Positions 14,745 through 28,115 of a stretch of DNA of 64,000 nt are shown in pieces; the stretch's first letter is position 1; every line of letters begins with the position of its first letter. The stretch covers positions 62,930,001-62,994,000 of the forward strand of contig OX597815.1 of the NCBI GenBank assembly GCA_951406725.2, written 5' to 3'. The position numbers and the translations under genes are program-made. Below the pieces are notes generated by a model. The model saw only the letters and a program-made list of their open reading frames with translations, searched no databases and was not told the origin of the DNA. The DNA comes from Octopus vulgaris. Its lineage: Eukaryota.

Positions 14745-15295
14745 TGTTTGTATTATTCAGTTCTTTTCAAGATTTCTTGCCAATAGTGAAAGAACCAGTT
14801 TCTAACCTAGATCCAAGGCTTCTTCATTGGAATTTCAACATTAACAACAGGGTATGTATATATACAAACATGTATGTATGTATGTATGTACGTGCAGATT
14901 TGTATGTTTTATGTATGCATTCTGATGCATAGAGTTACATATCTAGACATGCTCATATATATATTTAAATGATAAATTTCTGATAAGTTTTACAGATTTT
15001 TACATTTCCGGTGTAGATCTGTTGTCATCGAATTAGCTTTCGCGTTTCTGATTTTGAAAAGCCCAATTTCTCAAGGTTACTATTTAGGCAGTGTGTTAAT
15101 TACAGGTATAAACCTGAACTTGTAATCTGGATAGAATAACTGCAGATTTCTTAATATTTCAGCATAGGCGTTTTACTTTTAACTGATCTTCAGCTTTATG
15201 TTAACAACCGCTGTTTTATCCCAAATCATTATATCAGGTCTATTGTTCTTACAGTTTATTGAGATCTTCATTGGTACATTCCACCAGCATTCCTT
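14745..15295 (-). mobile_element. 3' fragment of an R4/Dong-like RLE-type LINE, (TACA)n-associated family
   Basis: CWWNVPMK...NNRPDIMIWDK (restriction-like endonuclease PD motif); 3' UTR shared with 47460-47760, 47830-48310 and 60080-60520; flanked by (TATG)n. Confidence 0.7.
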
Positions 15296-15389
15296 TTTAT
15301 GTATGTATGTATGTATGTATGTATGTATGTATGTATGTATGTATGTATGTATGTATGTATGTGTGTATGTATGTATGTATGTATACACA

Positions 15390-15700
15390 CACGCACCTTT
15401 GTGTTGGGGGCACCTTCGTATTGGCAGTCACTTGACCCTGTTATCTCCCCTACTGTCCCTCTGGCGTCTGACCACTGTCCGAAGTCAAAACGCCATGATA
15501 GATCGTTAGCTCCTACACGCATTTTTTTCTCTCCTTGTTTCTCTCCTTCTTTTTTTCTGTGTATCTTTCTGTCTGAGAGCGTAAGCTCGAAACGTAAAAT
15601 ACTTTTTCTATTTCTATTCCTGAGCGTTATACTAATACATTTGTTTGTTTGTACTCCACCTGCCTTCGTCTTTTGTTTATTTTCGTAAACTTTCCCGTTA
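15390..15700 (+). mobile_element. Solo pseudo-LTR of the 247-2220 PLE family, with HHR-like motif at 15565-15600
   Basis: Aligns to 1920-2220; CTTT-CTGTCTGA-GAGC-GTAA-GCTC-GAAAC-GTA-AAA. Confidence 0.7.
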
Positions 15701-15904
15701 TGTATGTATGTATGTATGTATGTATGTATGTATGTATGTATGTATGTATGTATATGTATATATGCATGTAAGTATGTATGCGTGTATGCTTTTCATGTAT
15801 GTATGCATGTAGTGTATGTCTGTATTGTGTCTATATAAATTGTTTTTATATATAACTTAATATTAAATGAGGATTAGCATATATACGTATGTACACACAC
15901 ATAC

Positions 15905-16014
<110 letters not shown>

Positions 16015-16109
16015 ATTTAGATATAAAATACACCATCCAGTGACAGAAAAATATCATCACAATCTTTTAAGTAAAAATACAAATCATAAAAAGAGGCCTA
16101 AAAATAGAC

Positions 16110-16744
16110 TTTAGAAATAATATGGATCGCCTTCCAGTTCTCCCTAAATGTTAAATGTTTAGGCAAGAAATTCCTGTCCCTTTTACATAAGCATTTCGCA
16201 GTAAACCAAAATACAGGAATATTTTAACAGACGCTCGATTTAAATATAGAGCTGCATTCTCAAAATCAAGAATATTATCACACGTAAGGATCCCAAAGTA
16301 CCCTCTCTCAGCTGTAGCTTACCCACTCGGACAAGCATGTATGAAAACTCTGTTGTATATGAGGCAGAAATAACCGAAAAGAAAAATTACATTGGGCCAT
16401 GTAAAGGCGATTTCAATGGACTTTATGCAAGACTACTTATTTTATTTCCGGTGCATCGCTAAAACTAAAACCACTAAGTTGGCTAGCCACTTATGGAGTT
16501 AGAAGACAAACTGGATTCCATATACAGTCAAGTGGTGAATTATAGACGAATTATAGACAAATTCATGCAATATGTTAATGGATATAAGGAATGTAACTTA
16601 TGCGTAACTGAGAGACACCATATTCTTTTTGGATCTAAGAATGCCACCGTACTACTGATTTCCAGATCAGAAATTTTCAGCAAATACAAACATATTGAGA
16701 AATTTCTTTTAGGGAACTGGAAAACACCACTCTTAGCGGATTGA
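16110..16744 (+). pseudogene. PLE (Naiad-like) GIY-YIG endonuclease fragment
   Basis: Frameshifted SVVYEAEI...NYIG, TKLASHLW, and ECNLCVTERHHIL...SRSEIFSKYKH C-terminal motif. Confidence 0.7.
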
Positions 16745-17087
16745 GGCGTTGTCTCGCAGTCTTTGGACACTTCACCGTTGAATTCTTCCACTATAACTAA
16801 TTATTGCTTTGCGGTCAAAGGCGACATACCTCTAATTTTCTTTCTTTTCCTTTCTTTTCTTTTCTCTTCTTTTTCCGTTGTCTACCTTTTTCTCATTTTT
16901 TTCCGTGATATCTCTTGTATCAGTATATTGGATATACCAGTAAACTGCTTGGAGACGCAAGATGAGTTATAAAAATCTTCCTAGATCCACATCTCCAAGC
17001 AATAAGCTATGCCGGAGTAAGCACATAAATATGAAACTAGGTGGGAATACCGGGGGTACTCGAATATCGGAGGTCAAGTAATATGCT

Positions 17088-17246
17088 TTATTATTAAAGC
17101 TGCAAAAACATCACAAGAAAAAAATCATAAGAAACTGCTACTCAGAGTTTCACGTTCCCGTTCGTCGGACAGAAAATCTGTCCGGCGAACCGGAAATTAA
17201 AACACTGAGCAGCAGTTTTTGTGATGTTTTTGCTGCTTTAATAATA

Positions 17247-17247
<1 letters not shown>
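17088..17247. repeat. Fold-back unit of two inverted HHR-bearing pLTR ends
   Basis: 17091-17172 is an imperfect reverse complement of 17178-17246, spacer AAAAT. The minus arm reads CTGT-CCGACGA-ACG-GGAA-CGT-GAAAC-TCTGA-GTA-GCAG. Confidence 0.75.
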
Positions 17248-17319
<72 letters not shown>

Positions 17320-17323
17320 ACAC

Positions 17324-17364
<41 letters not shown>

Positions 17365-17432
17365 AATGTAATGGTGATGTTAGGAATAAAAGAAAAAGGA
17401 AAACACAGTAAAGGTCAACTGAAGCATGCAAT

Positions 17433-18062
17433 GAAGAAGAAGAAGAAGAAGAAGAAGAAGAAGAAGAAGAAGAAGAAGAAGAAGAAGAAGAAGAAGAAGA
17501 AGAAGAAGAAAGGAGGAGGATAAAATACTATATGATAATTATATATAATGTATAAACAAAACCAGAAAATAGCAACGGCGGTAAATGATAAAATATACAG
17601 AAAATCTAGCAAAAAGAGTAAAAACAACAACAAAATCGAGAGAAAAAAGTTTAAAACAAAATACAAGAGAAGGAGAATAAAATATAAAAATAAGAAAGAA
17701 GACTAAATCGTGTTTCTGTGCTTGAAGACGATGAGAGACCAAAGTAAATTTGTTGAAAGCCATGTCAACTGAGAAAACTGGTTGTTGCGGCACGATTAAA
17801 CTTTTGGTTCATTTGGAAATGAAGAAGGCTAAGAGTTTAAAATATATCACGAAATATCACTAAGTATTGGGTGAAGAGGTCTTCAAGAACTAACAACCTA
17901 CTGGCTTCTTCTTCTTCTTCTTCTTCTTCTTCTTCTTCTTCTTCTTCTTCTTCTTCTTCTTCTTCTTCTTCTTCTTCTTCTTCTTCTTCTTCTTCTTCTT
18001 CTTCTTCTACTCCTCCTCCCTCTCCTCTTTCTCCTCCTCCTCCTCCTTCTCTTCCTCCTCCT

Positions 18063-18142
<80 letters not shown>
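17433..18142. repeat. Trinucleotide microsatellites (GAA)n, (TTC)n, (CTA)n
   Basis: Directly visible pure repeats. Confidence 0.95.
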
Positions 18143-18145
<3 letters not shown>

Positions 18146-18339
18146 TCTACCTTTCGTCTTGTCAACCATATTTTCGAGTTATAACAAAATCATGTCAAAA
18201 CGAAGCAACTGTTGAGTAGAATATTGACTTTAACATCGACCATGACTCACACTTCATGTAGGTACATCACATAGACGCGCGCGCGCACGCACACACAAAC
18301 ACACACTTACAAAGAATAAGGAAACATTTTGCCCAGTAA

Positions 18340-18660
18340 ATAGAATTCAGGTATTCCGTAGATTTGAACGCGTATAAGTTTTTGTTGTGTCGGAGTCTAC
18401 GAAGATTTTATCCGAGTTCTTTATGTTTTTTCATTCATATATCTCTGGAGTGGGTTGTTGAATTTGCGGAATTCAATTCTTCTAATAACCTCGAAAAAGT
18501 CTTTTTCAAGGGCTTCTACTTCCGAAATAGGTTGTGGATCTTTTGAAGATTTAAAGTCATATTTGTTTCCGTTAGATTTTTGCTTCATGTAAAAAGAAAA
18601 AGGCTTTCGATTTTATTCTTCGGATAAAATCCTCCGTTTTTTTTAATAAGACTTTTGAGG
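18340..18660 (-). pseudogene. PLE (Naiad-like) N-terminal fragment
   Basis: Minus-strand translation DPQPISEVEALEKDFFEVIRRIEFRKFNNPLQ...IFVDSD is similar to the 4953-5705 ORF (LEPFEEDLFLMIKNIKFRR...VPSDKT). Confidence 0.6.
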
Positions 18661-19009
18661 CATTGTTTCTGCACCGAGATGGGTATAATTTTAGGGAAAA
18701 AACAATGGGTAAAGTTCCATTTCTTTCAACTGCTTCTTCTTCCTACTTGTAGAGAGTCGCTCAAATTAATAATATTTTACCACTAATTATTTGCCCAGGG
18801 TATTCAGGTCTTTTCACCTTCTACATAAGCTATTTTTGATTTAAGGTTTTCTTCGATTTTTCTAATAATGGGATTTTAAATCGCAATTGTAATTTCATGC
18901 AACCGTTAGTTGAAAGGACCAATGAAATAAAACCATTTTAAAATGTGTATCTATCAAACTAATTGTATATTTATGAATATAGCCTTATTTTGTTCCATTC
19001 CAAACAACA

Positions 19010-19047
19010 CTGTCCGACGAACGGGAGCGGGAAACTCTGAGTAACAG
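19010..19047 (+). ncRNA. Hammerhead-like motif (C at U4), same family as 17088-17247
   Basis: CTGT-CCGACGA-ACG-GGAG-CGG-GAAAC-TCTGA-GTA-ACAG. Confidence 0.6.
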
Positions 19048-19679
19048 TTTCTGTGATATTTTTACTGCTTTTTAATAAAGTATACACACACACGTAAATG
19101 TCGAACGGTGAAAATGAGTGCTCAACACCGCATTATATAAATATATTACGTATATTGCATATCTTGTAAGCGCATGAATCTTCTACCTACATAAGGGGAG
19201 AAAGGGGTGGGGGAGCGAACCACAAAACTTTGAAGACCTATTCTTACGACTAGATGATATAGGAGGTGGCGGGGATAGAAGATTTTACTTGTAAAGCCAC
19301 TACCCTGTAGGGCCTTATTAATAATAGGGGGCAGCCTTTTCCAATATTTCTTTAGAGGAAGAAAGGCACTTGATCTTTTGGCTGATACTTAGAATTAAGT
19401 TTTTAAATACCATAGGTGGGTGACAGGAGTGTTTATTAATATGTTTAAGATTCTCGTTAGGGTTATGGAAGGGCTTATATAGATTAGTTGTAAGATCTAA
19501 AGAAGCATCTAAAATTTCAGTTCTAGCTAGGTTGGTATTGACAGGTATTATAAGTCCTAAAGAGCTGAAGGCAGAAATTGATTGCTTTCAAAAGGAATCC
19601 ATAGCGTTCGACGATTCCTTAATTTTGTTATTAATGTTTCTTAAAATTTGTTTGCTTGCTAAACCTAGTTCAATTTTAA

Positions 19680-19930
19680 ATGGATTAATTAGCCTACACT
19701 TTGGTCAACGTAATGCGTTAGAGTTTGCAAGTAGAAACAAATCTAAATGTCCTCTAGGTCAGAAGTGCGATATATGTTCCGTTGTTTATGAAGCACAGGT
19801 TTCAATGGACAACGACAATAGTCGTACACATGTCAAACGTTATATTGGAACCGTGGAAGGAAAACTTGTAACAACCATCTTTCGAATTTTAGCTACCATG
19901 ATGAGAATTTGAGCTACAGTGATGTGACAT
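19680..19930 (+). pseudogene. PLE GIY-YIG fragment
   Basis: KCPLGQKCDICSVVYEAQV...KRYIGTVEG (GIY-YIG-type VVY...YIG preceded by cysteines). Confidence 0.65.
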
Positions 19931-20114
19931 TCACCAACCCCTATATCAACGGGTTCAAGAAACTGTACCTCTTACAAAACTTGAGAACCTCCGATGAATA
20001 CATAAATTTGAGGAATTTTTATTTTTTTGTTCTGTATTTAAGAGATGGGGAATTACGTACATTATTTACATTATTTACATTTGAAGGATATTTGTCCCCA
20101 TCTTGTTTGTTGTT

Positions 20115-20160
20115 AACACAACGTTTCGGCTGATACACCCTCCAGCCTTCATCAGCTGCC
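20115..20160 (-). ncRNA. Hammerhead ribozyme motif in a short repeat unit (20030-20220)
   Basis: Minus strand: CTGATGA-A-GGCTGG-AGGGTGTA-TCAGCC-GAAAC-GTT-GTGT; helix I partly mismatched. Confidence 0.65.
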
Positions 20161-20227
20161 TTGGGAAATTTCGAACCTGGGTTCTCATTCCTAAGGCATT
20201 TTTCGATGTTGTTATTATTATTTTTTC

Positions 20228-23200
20228 GTAGTATATTTTTTATATCGTGCCGAGGGCAGCTCTGTGTGCCTTGGGTATGTGCTGTGATTTGTTGTGATGC
20301 TCTGATGGTTATTGTATGGAAAGTGTTCTGCGTAGGATGTGTGCAGTGCCTAGTAGTGCAATTTTCTGTATGTTATATGTGTTTGTAAGTCCTGGTGTTT
20401 TTGTTATGTATTTGTCTGAATATTTTTTTATCATGCCTAATGCACCTATTATGATAGGAATTGTTTCTGCTTTTAGATTCCACATTCTGGTTACCTCTAT
20501 TTCCAGGTCTTTGTATTTTGAAAGTTTCTTCATTTCTTTTAGAGACACGTTGTCATCCGCTGGTATTGATACACCAATTAGAAAACATTTTTTTTCTTCA
20601 TGATCTCTGACAACTATATCTGGTTTGTTGGCCTTAATTTCTCTATCTGTGTGTATTGGCATATACCAGAGTATGGTTGCTTTCTCGTTTTCTGTGACCT
20701 TTTCTGGTGTGTGCCTATACCATCTTTTTTCTGTTGTTATTCCATAATGTTGGCATAGTTTCCAGTGTATATAGGTCCCAACTCTGTCGTGTCTGTGAAT
20801 ATATCCCTTCTTAACCAGGACTGGGCAGCCAGAGATAATATGATTTATTGTTTCTTGTCCATCACCACATATCCTGCAGTTACTTGTTATATTTCTTTTC
20901 ATTACATGGTTTTGGTATTTCTGGTGGGGAGGCTTTGGTCTTGTGCAGCAATTAAAAATCCTTCTGTCTCTGCTTTGAGTCCTGAGCTTCACAATCATTG
21001 TTGGGATTTTTGTTTGTCTATTTCTTTTACGTTTAGTTTAGTCCAGTATTTGTCATGAAGGGGCTTTTCTTGCCATCATTTTATCATGGTTCGTTGCTGT
21101 TCTATTTTTAGTTTGGATTTCATTTGTTTTATAGCTTTTGTTGTTTCTTCTTCTTCTTCTTCTTCTTCTTCTTCTTCTTCTTCTTCTTCTTCTTCTTCTT
21201 CTTCTTCTTCTTCTTCTTCTTCTTCTTCTTCTTCTTCTTCTTCTTCTTCTTCATATTTGTTAGGTGGTATGATTTCTTGTTTGTATTTGTCAGCTTCCTT
21301 AAATACTGAGGACACTTTTTTGTTTTGCTCGTGTTTTGCCGCTATTTGTATCAGTTTTCCTTCCTTCTGAAGTAGATATTTTTGCAGTCCTATGGTGGTT
21401 ATTTTATAGTAGTTTTCCAGATGTATAAGGCCTCTAACACCATCTATACGTTGTATATATAGCCTTTCTATGTCAGATTTTGGGTGATGCATCCTAGATC
21501 CTGTCATTATTTTTCTTGTTTTCCTATCTATTTTAGTCAGTTCATTTAGTGTCCAGTTAAGGATATTGTAGCTGTAACTTATAACTGGGACAGCTAAAGT
21601 GTTGATACCTATTATCTTGTTTTTAGCATTGAGCTCTGTTTTCAGTATTGATCTGACTCGTCTATAATATTCTTTTTTTATTTTCTCTTTCATTTGTGTG
21701 TGTTGTATCTCATCTAGTTCATGGATTCCTAAGTATTTGTAACTTTGGCTTTGGTCTAATTCTTTTATTTCATTGGTTTTATCTAGTGTGATGTTGCTAC
21801 TCTTAATTAGTTTTCCTCCTTTCAGGGTTACTTTGGCGCATTTCTCTAATCCAAATTTCATATCTATTTCTTTGGTAAATCCATGAACTGTCTTTAGTAG
21901 TGTTTCCAGCTGTTTGTCATTTGTAGCGTATAGTTTCTAGGTCATCCATATATAAAAGGTGGCTGATCGTTTTGCCGTAACATTTATATCCGCATCCAGT
22001 TCTGTTTAGCACATCCGATAGAGGTGACAGTGCCAAGTAGAAAAGGAGTGGAGAGAGCGTATCTCCCTGGAATATTCTTCTTTTAATGGGGATGGCTTTG
22101 GTTTTCACAAGTCCTTCTTTTATTTGGAGCTGTATCACTGTTTGTCATTTATTCATAGAGTGTCCTATGTACTTTATAATTGTTGGTGCAACTTTGTTCA
22201 TGGCTAATGTTTCGAGAATCCATGTGTGGGGGATGCTATCAAACGCCTTTTTGTAGTCGATCCAGGCCATACTGAGGCCTTTCTTCTTTCTGTGGCTGTC
22301 TTCAGTTATGGCTTTATTAATCATTAGTTGATCTTTACAGCCATATGAGCCTTTGCGGCATCCTTTCTGCTCTTCTGGAAACAGGTTGTTTTCGTCCAGG
22401 TGCTTGTTCAATCTTTGCAATATTACTGCAGTAAATGCTTTGTACATTGTAGGGAAACAGGTTATAGGTCTGTAGTTTTCTGGTTTTGCTGTCTCATTTG
22501 ATTTGGGAATTAAGATGGTTTTCCCCTTCGTGAGCCTTTCAGGCATTGTCTCTGGCTCTGCCAGTATGTTGTTAAAATTTTCAGCCAGCTTTTTGTGCAT
22601 TCCTGTTAGATATTTCAACCAGAAGTTGGGGATCTTGTCATGCCCAGGTGCTTTCCAGTTGCTTAGTCTTTGCAGTGCCTGGGTGACCTCTTCAGTTGTT
22701 ATGGGGGTCCAAAGTTGCTCAGATGCTGTGTTTGTCGTTTTAATACTCCTTTTTTTTGGTTGTTCGTTCGCCGACCACATTTCTCTCCAGAATTCTTCCA
22801 CTTCTTCTGCCGTTGGTGCTGCAGTGATTTCTATTTTATTTTTGCCATGTTCTTGGTAGAACTTTTTGGGGTTGGAGTTGAACTGTTTGTTTTGTTCAAA
22901 GAAACGTTGGAGTTTCTCGTACCGGCGGATCCTTTGTGCTTTGGCAAGGATATATTGCTTCAGCTTTTCTTTTATCTGAGGTAAATCTTTTTCTGTGGTG
23001 TTGTATTTGCGGTTTTCTTTTTGTTGCTCAGTAGCGTTGATTGTCTACTGATTTCATTAAGAATCGACAGATCTTTTCTCATTTTTTGTATTTTGTTTTG
23101 GATGTTATTTATCCACAGGGTTTGTTTGGGTGGTGGTACTCCTGTTTGGATGGGTTTGAGTGAGTATCCAGCTTCATTTGTGGTTGCAGTGGCTGCTGCG

Positions 23201-24170
23201 TATACTATGCCATTTAGCTCAGTGATATCGATTTTTGTTTCAGTGGCTATTAGTTCCGTGACGGCTAGGTTTATGTTGTTTATAATTGATGTTGTTGTTT
23301 TGTCTATTTTGATTTTTGGGAAGTATGGTCGGTGGTCCATTTTGAGCTCTGTGGTTTTCAGTTCTTTGATTATTCTACTTTTTATAGTTTCATAATCATT
23401 AGGCTCCCCTTCGTTGTTTCCAGGTTTTAGATTTAGTCGCTTTCTATCTCATCCATATGTTTGTTTGTCGTGTTTTGGCTTGCTGTTTGTCGTGTATTAT
23501 TATGTATCCTTACGGTCTGGGTTTGTTGTTTTTTGTTTACATCGTTTTTGTTGGAAATGTTACGTTTGTCTTCGTGTTTTACTGTTTCAGTGTTTATATT
23601 ATTTGGCATTGTTGTATGGCTTCTATCTACATTTTCCTGATGTATTTTTTCTTTTAAATGTTCTATTTCTATTTCTGATATTTTTTGCGTTGAGAATATA
23701 TCTCCGTATATTTGTTAGTTTATTAGGGTTCATTGTTGTATCCAGGTCCTTATTTATGTTATTTTTCTTCCATATTTTGTATGTATGTGTTGTTGTGTTT
23801 TCATTCTTTGGGTAGAGCACTGCTGTAAAGTAAGCGTGTAGGAGAGAAATGTATTCCTCACATGTCCATTTATGTCTTTTGGGTTTTATTTGCGGGACAT
23901 GAGGAACAACGTCCGGCCCATTATTTTGACGGTCGTCATTTTCGTAGGGTACCGGTCCGTTCATTTCTGTTGTCACATTGTTTTGCACGTGTAGTTTTTC
24001 GCACATTTTATGTTGTGGCTGTGTGGTAAGTAGCTTGCTAACCAACCACATGGTTCCGGGTTCAGTCCCACTGCGTGGCATCTTGGGCAAGTGTCTTCTG
24101 CTATAGCCCCGGGCCGACCAATGCCTTGTGAGTGGATTTGGTAGACGGAAACTGAAAGAAGCCTGTGGTA

Positions 24171-24251
<81 letters not shown>

Positions 24252-24873
24252 TTGTGTGTCTGTGTTTGTCCCCCTAGCATTGCTTGACAACCAATGCTGG
24301 TGTGTTTATGTCCCCGTTACTTAGCGGTTCGGCAAAAGAGACCGATAGAATAAGTACTGGGCATACAAAAGAATAAGTCCCGGGGTTGAGTTGCTCGATT
24401 AAAGGCGGTGCTCCAGCATGGCCGCAGTCAAATGACTGAAACAAGTAAAAGAGTAAAAGAGTAAAGAGAGTACGTACTTCCCGATTGTTATTCTTGGGTT
24501 GAATAATACCGGTATTATTTAATTTATTCGTAGTTTTTTTGTACATAGTGTTTGGGGCCGGAGATGATCTGGTATTCATGGATCGTAATGTATCAAGCAT
24601 GTTTACATGTGTTGTGTTAGAGGTGGAGATGATATCGAGTTAAAATACATCATTTCGCTTTGAAAATAGTAATAAATTTCAATGAGTATTACTTACTCGG
24701 ATATAGTCCATTCCTTTGTCAGTTATTTTTTAGCTCCATACGATGTCTTTGTTTCCGATGTTTGTGGATAGATTTCGGAGCACTGTTTTATCACTCTCAC
24801 ATGTTTAACGTCCCCGGTGTAATCTCCATGTTTAACATCCCAAATGTAATCTCCATGTTTAACGTCCCCGGTG
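20228..24873 (-). mobile_element. R4/Dong-clade non-LTR retrotransposon, near full length, decayed, inserted in (TAA)n
   Basis: N-terminal KRHKWT.EE motif (23623-24090), RT (KAPGHDKI, YRPITC, EQKGC, WIDYKKAFDSI, IFQGDTLSPLLF, HLLYMDDL), CCHC knuckle CRIC...HIISGC and RLE KPDIVV...K..KY (20309-20998); (TTA)n on both sides; a 27-bp tandem repeat at the 5' end (24800-24873). Confidence 0.9.
24015..24465 (+). mobile_element. tRNA-derived SINE family 2 (CORE-like segment) inserted in the Dong ORF
   Basis: TGTGGTAAG..A box, GGTTCAGTCCC B box, CTTGGGCAAGTG block, internal TA/TG tract, (AGTAAAAG)n tail; other copies at 32590, 38655 and 53240. Confidence 0.85.
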
Positions 24874-24901
24874 TTATTATTATTATTATTATTGTTGTTG
24901 C

Positions 24902-24932
<31 letters not shown>

Positions 24933-24955
24933 ATTATTATTATTATTATTATTAC

Positions 24956-25000
<45 letters not shown>

Positions 25001-25465
25001 CATTATTCAGGTCACTGCCTGGAATCGAACAATCTTGGGGTTAGTAGCCCGCGCTCTTAACCACTCATAAGATGAGGACAAATATCCGTCAAATGTATAT
25101 ACTGCAAATAATGGGAGATTTTTTCAGTATGTCCGCATTTCAAGAAATACATCTTGTCGGAATTTAAAAGTAGACTACCGGAACCTTAGTAAATCTAACA
25201 TCTGGATCACGTCTACTTGACATCGAATTATTGTAACATTGATTATCTCCCTTGTCTTTTGCTTTTTTGTCTTCACAAGCGTTTCTTGTTTAAACGTTAT
25301 CTGCCCAAAAGACAACTGACAAACGGTTTTGTTTTCAGCTTGATGAATGGTGGAATAAATTATTATGTTGGTCAGGAAACCCTGGGTACTGTATTTACAA
25401 GAGCTGTGGAGTCTTTTATTATAAGATTGTGTGTTCGTATTTGTTTGTTTGTTTGTTTGTTTGTT

Positions 25466-25543
<78 letters not shown>

Positions 25544-25806
25544 CGTGCGTATATTATTGTATAAATGAAGTAAAATCAAACTTTGAAATTTTAACTTCAT
25601 TATTACAACGAATACGATCCATGCCAATACAAACTAATTAGTCTTGACTCCACTTACGCGGATGTTCTATCAACCATTTGCAGTACCATGTTATACTTGT
25701 TTCGCGTCAAAAGATTCTGATACCGTGCACCGCGTAGCATGAAATATATACATATATGTGTATGTATATATATGTATGTGTGTGTGTAGAATAATGGAAA
25801 ATGGAT

Positions 25807-26023
25807 ACAAACGCCCAAGGTGTTATTAAAACCATTTATATCACCATATCACCGAGATCTGTTAAAATGACTTATTAATGCACACTGTTGTTTATAACCT
25901 CCCTGATAAGATTGATGCACTGCTCCACATTATTCATTCTCGAATTTATTTTGATGCATCTATCGAAACATATGTCGGTGATGTGGTGATATAAATGATT
26001 TAAATAACATCTTGAGCGGTTGT
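25807..26023. repeat. Fold-back unit with HHR-like motif
   Basis: 25807-25858 is inverted relative to 25972-26023. The + strand has CTGATAA-GATTGATGCA...TGCATCTATC-GAAAC-ATAT-GTC-GGTG (25903-25980). Confidence 0.65.
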
Positions 26024-26179
26024 TTCCATTTTCCTTTATTCTTATGTTCTCCAAACACGTCTCACTTCTGCGCAGAATTAACTCCCACGCAAGTGTGATC
26101 ACTAATTCCTAGGACGCTTATGTGACATCTGGTTACCTTGTAATTGTTCCTGTGGATCTTTCCTATAAATTGAACATTC

Positions 26180-26228
<49 letters not shown>

Positions 26229-26256
26229 TGTTTGTGTGTGTGTGTGTATGTATACA

Positions 26257-27844
26257 CAATATCTCACAGAAATATGTATACCCCTAACATATTTCAGTAA
26301 AATTGCCATTAGGCTGATACTGTCGAAGGAAATCAAACGAAATTTATATTGAATAAAATATATTATACATGCAACCATTATACAAATTTGGAACACAAAA
26401 CAATAAACATTTTCAAAGATATGAACGAAATATTAAATTTTAAACGTTAAAAAATATGTACAGCTTAAAGGAGATTTGCTATATTCAATATTCTATCCAC
26501 TTTCTTTACTTTTTTTTTTATTAAATTCAGATATTGCTGATAATTTCAATTCTAATAAATTATTTCTCCTCGCATTTTTGCACCGGTCATTGTTATTGCA
26601 TCTACAAGAATTCTGATATGTGTACTGTGGTAAAAATCTTGTTCATTGTGGTTAAAATGGCACCAAAAGGAAAAGATTTGTCCGAAGATTTGAAGAAAAT
26701 TATTTTTAATTTGCACAAAAATGGTTTAGGGTACAAATTAATTAGCAAACGAATACATATTAGCGTAAACACAGTTGCCAAAGTAATTCAGAAGCACAAA
26801 GATGCTGGACGGATAAGCAATAGACATCGTTCAGATCGTCCTTCCAACGTGATGGAAGACAGGAGTCGTACCGGTTCACCTTTGGCTCAAGAAGTGTCTT
26901 CTCTTAATGGAAAGAGCGAATCCGTCCAAACAGTTCGTCGAAGTTTAAACCAGTGTGGTCTTCATGGATGCATTCCTCGTAGGAAGCCTCTCCTCACTAC
27001 GAGGCATAAACCAAGTCATCTTTCTTTTGCTGAAACTTATGTGAGGAAGGAGTTTTGGAATACAATTCTTTGTTCTGATGAGACTAAAATCAACTTGTTT
27101 AGGTCAAATGGTATTAAACGAGTATAGCGACGATCAGGTGAGAATAATAGCGACAAATGCACTGTGCCTACTGCAAAACACAGCGGAGGAAGTGTTATAC
27201 TTTGGGGATGCATGAGTGCAGCTGGTCTGGGAGGACTCGGATTTATTGAGAGAACAATGGATTCAAGGATTTGTTGTGACATATTGCAGAAAACAATGTT
27301 GAAAAACATTAAGGAACTAGGAAGACATTCCATGCTCCAACATGATTATGAACCAAAACACACTTCAAAGAGAACTAAGTTTTTATCAGATAAAACGTAA
27401 AGGTATTCCTTTGGACTACCATGTCAACTGATTTAAACCTAAGAGAACATCTGCAAGTCCTTGTGGAAAGGAAGGTTGAGGAGAAAAGACACACAATGTA
27501 ACACAGTTGAAAGACATCATTCAGGATGAACGGAGGTCGATTTCATTGGTTATATGCAGAAATTTAGTCGACTCTATGCTGTCTTTGAAAGTAAGGGCGG
27601 TCACACCAAATATTGAATATAGCAAATTTCTATTAGGGTGTACGTAATTTTGTATCGTTTGAAAATTAATATCTCATTCATATCTTTGAAAATGTTTATT
27701 GTTTTGAGTTCCAAATTTGTATAATGCTTGCAGCTGTAATACATTTTAGTCAGTATAAATTTCGTTTGATTTTTTCAATATTATTAGAGTAATGGCAATT
27801 TTACTTAAATTTTTTAAAGGTGTACATACTTCTGTGAGATACTG
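26257..27844 (+). mobile_element. Tc1-like DNA transposon with long (~200 bp) TIRs, decayed
   Basis: Ends CAATATCTCACAGAA... and ...TTCTGTGAGATACTG|TA with extended inverted similarity; transposase inside. Confidence 0.9.
26657..27616 (+). pseudogene. Tc1 (DD34E-type) transposase pseudogene
   Basis: MAPKGKDLSEDLK..GLGYKLISK HTH, RRKPLL, ILCSDETK, KHSGGSVILWGC, QHDYEPKH, ends GGHTKY*; stops and frameshifts. Confidence 0.88.
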
Positions 27845-28082
27845 TACACACACTGACACACACACACACACACACACACATTATATGTGACTGAAGAATT
27901 TGTAACTGGAAATTGGAATTTCCTTACATGCTTAATATATATATAACTTTGTGGCTCCTATTAGCAAAAGAAAAACGTGTAATGACGAATAAATTATACT
28001 CAAAAACCTTCCAATTTCCTGTATTGTTATACATAAAACACATATATATGTATATAAATATACATATAAATACATTTAATAT

Positions 28083-28115
<33 letters not shown>

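Noticed and set aside
17837-18215. Poly-Ser/Glu/Leu ORFs
   Set aside because: Pure (TTC)n and (CTA)n repeats.
24015-24090. tRNA-like sequences here and at 4573, 33820-33890 and 59074
   Set aside because: SINE heads continuing into SINE bodies; no complete cloverleaf, so not called as tRNA genes.
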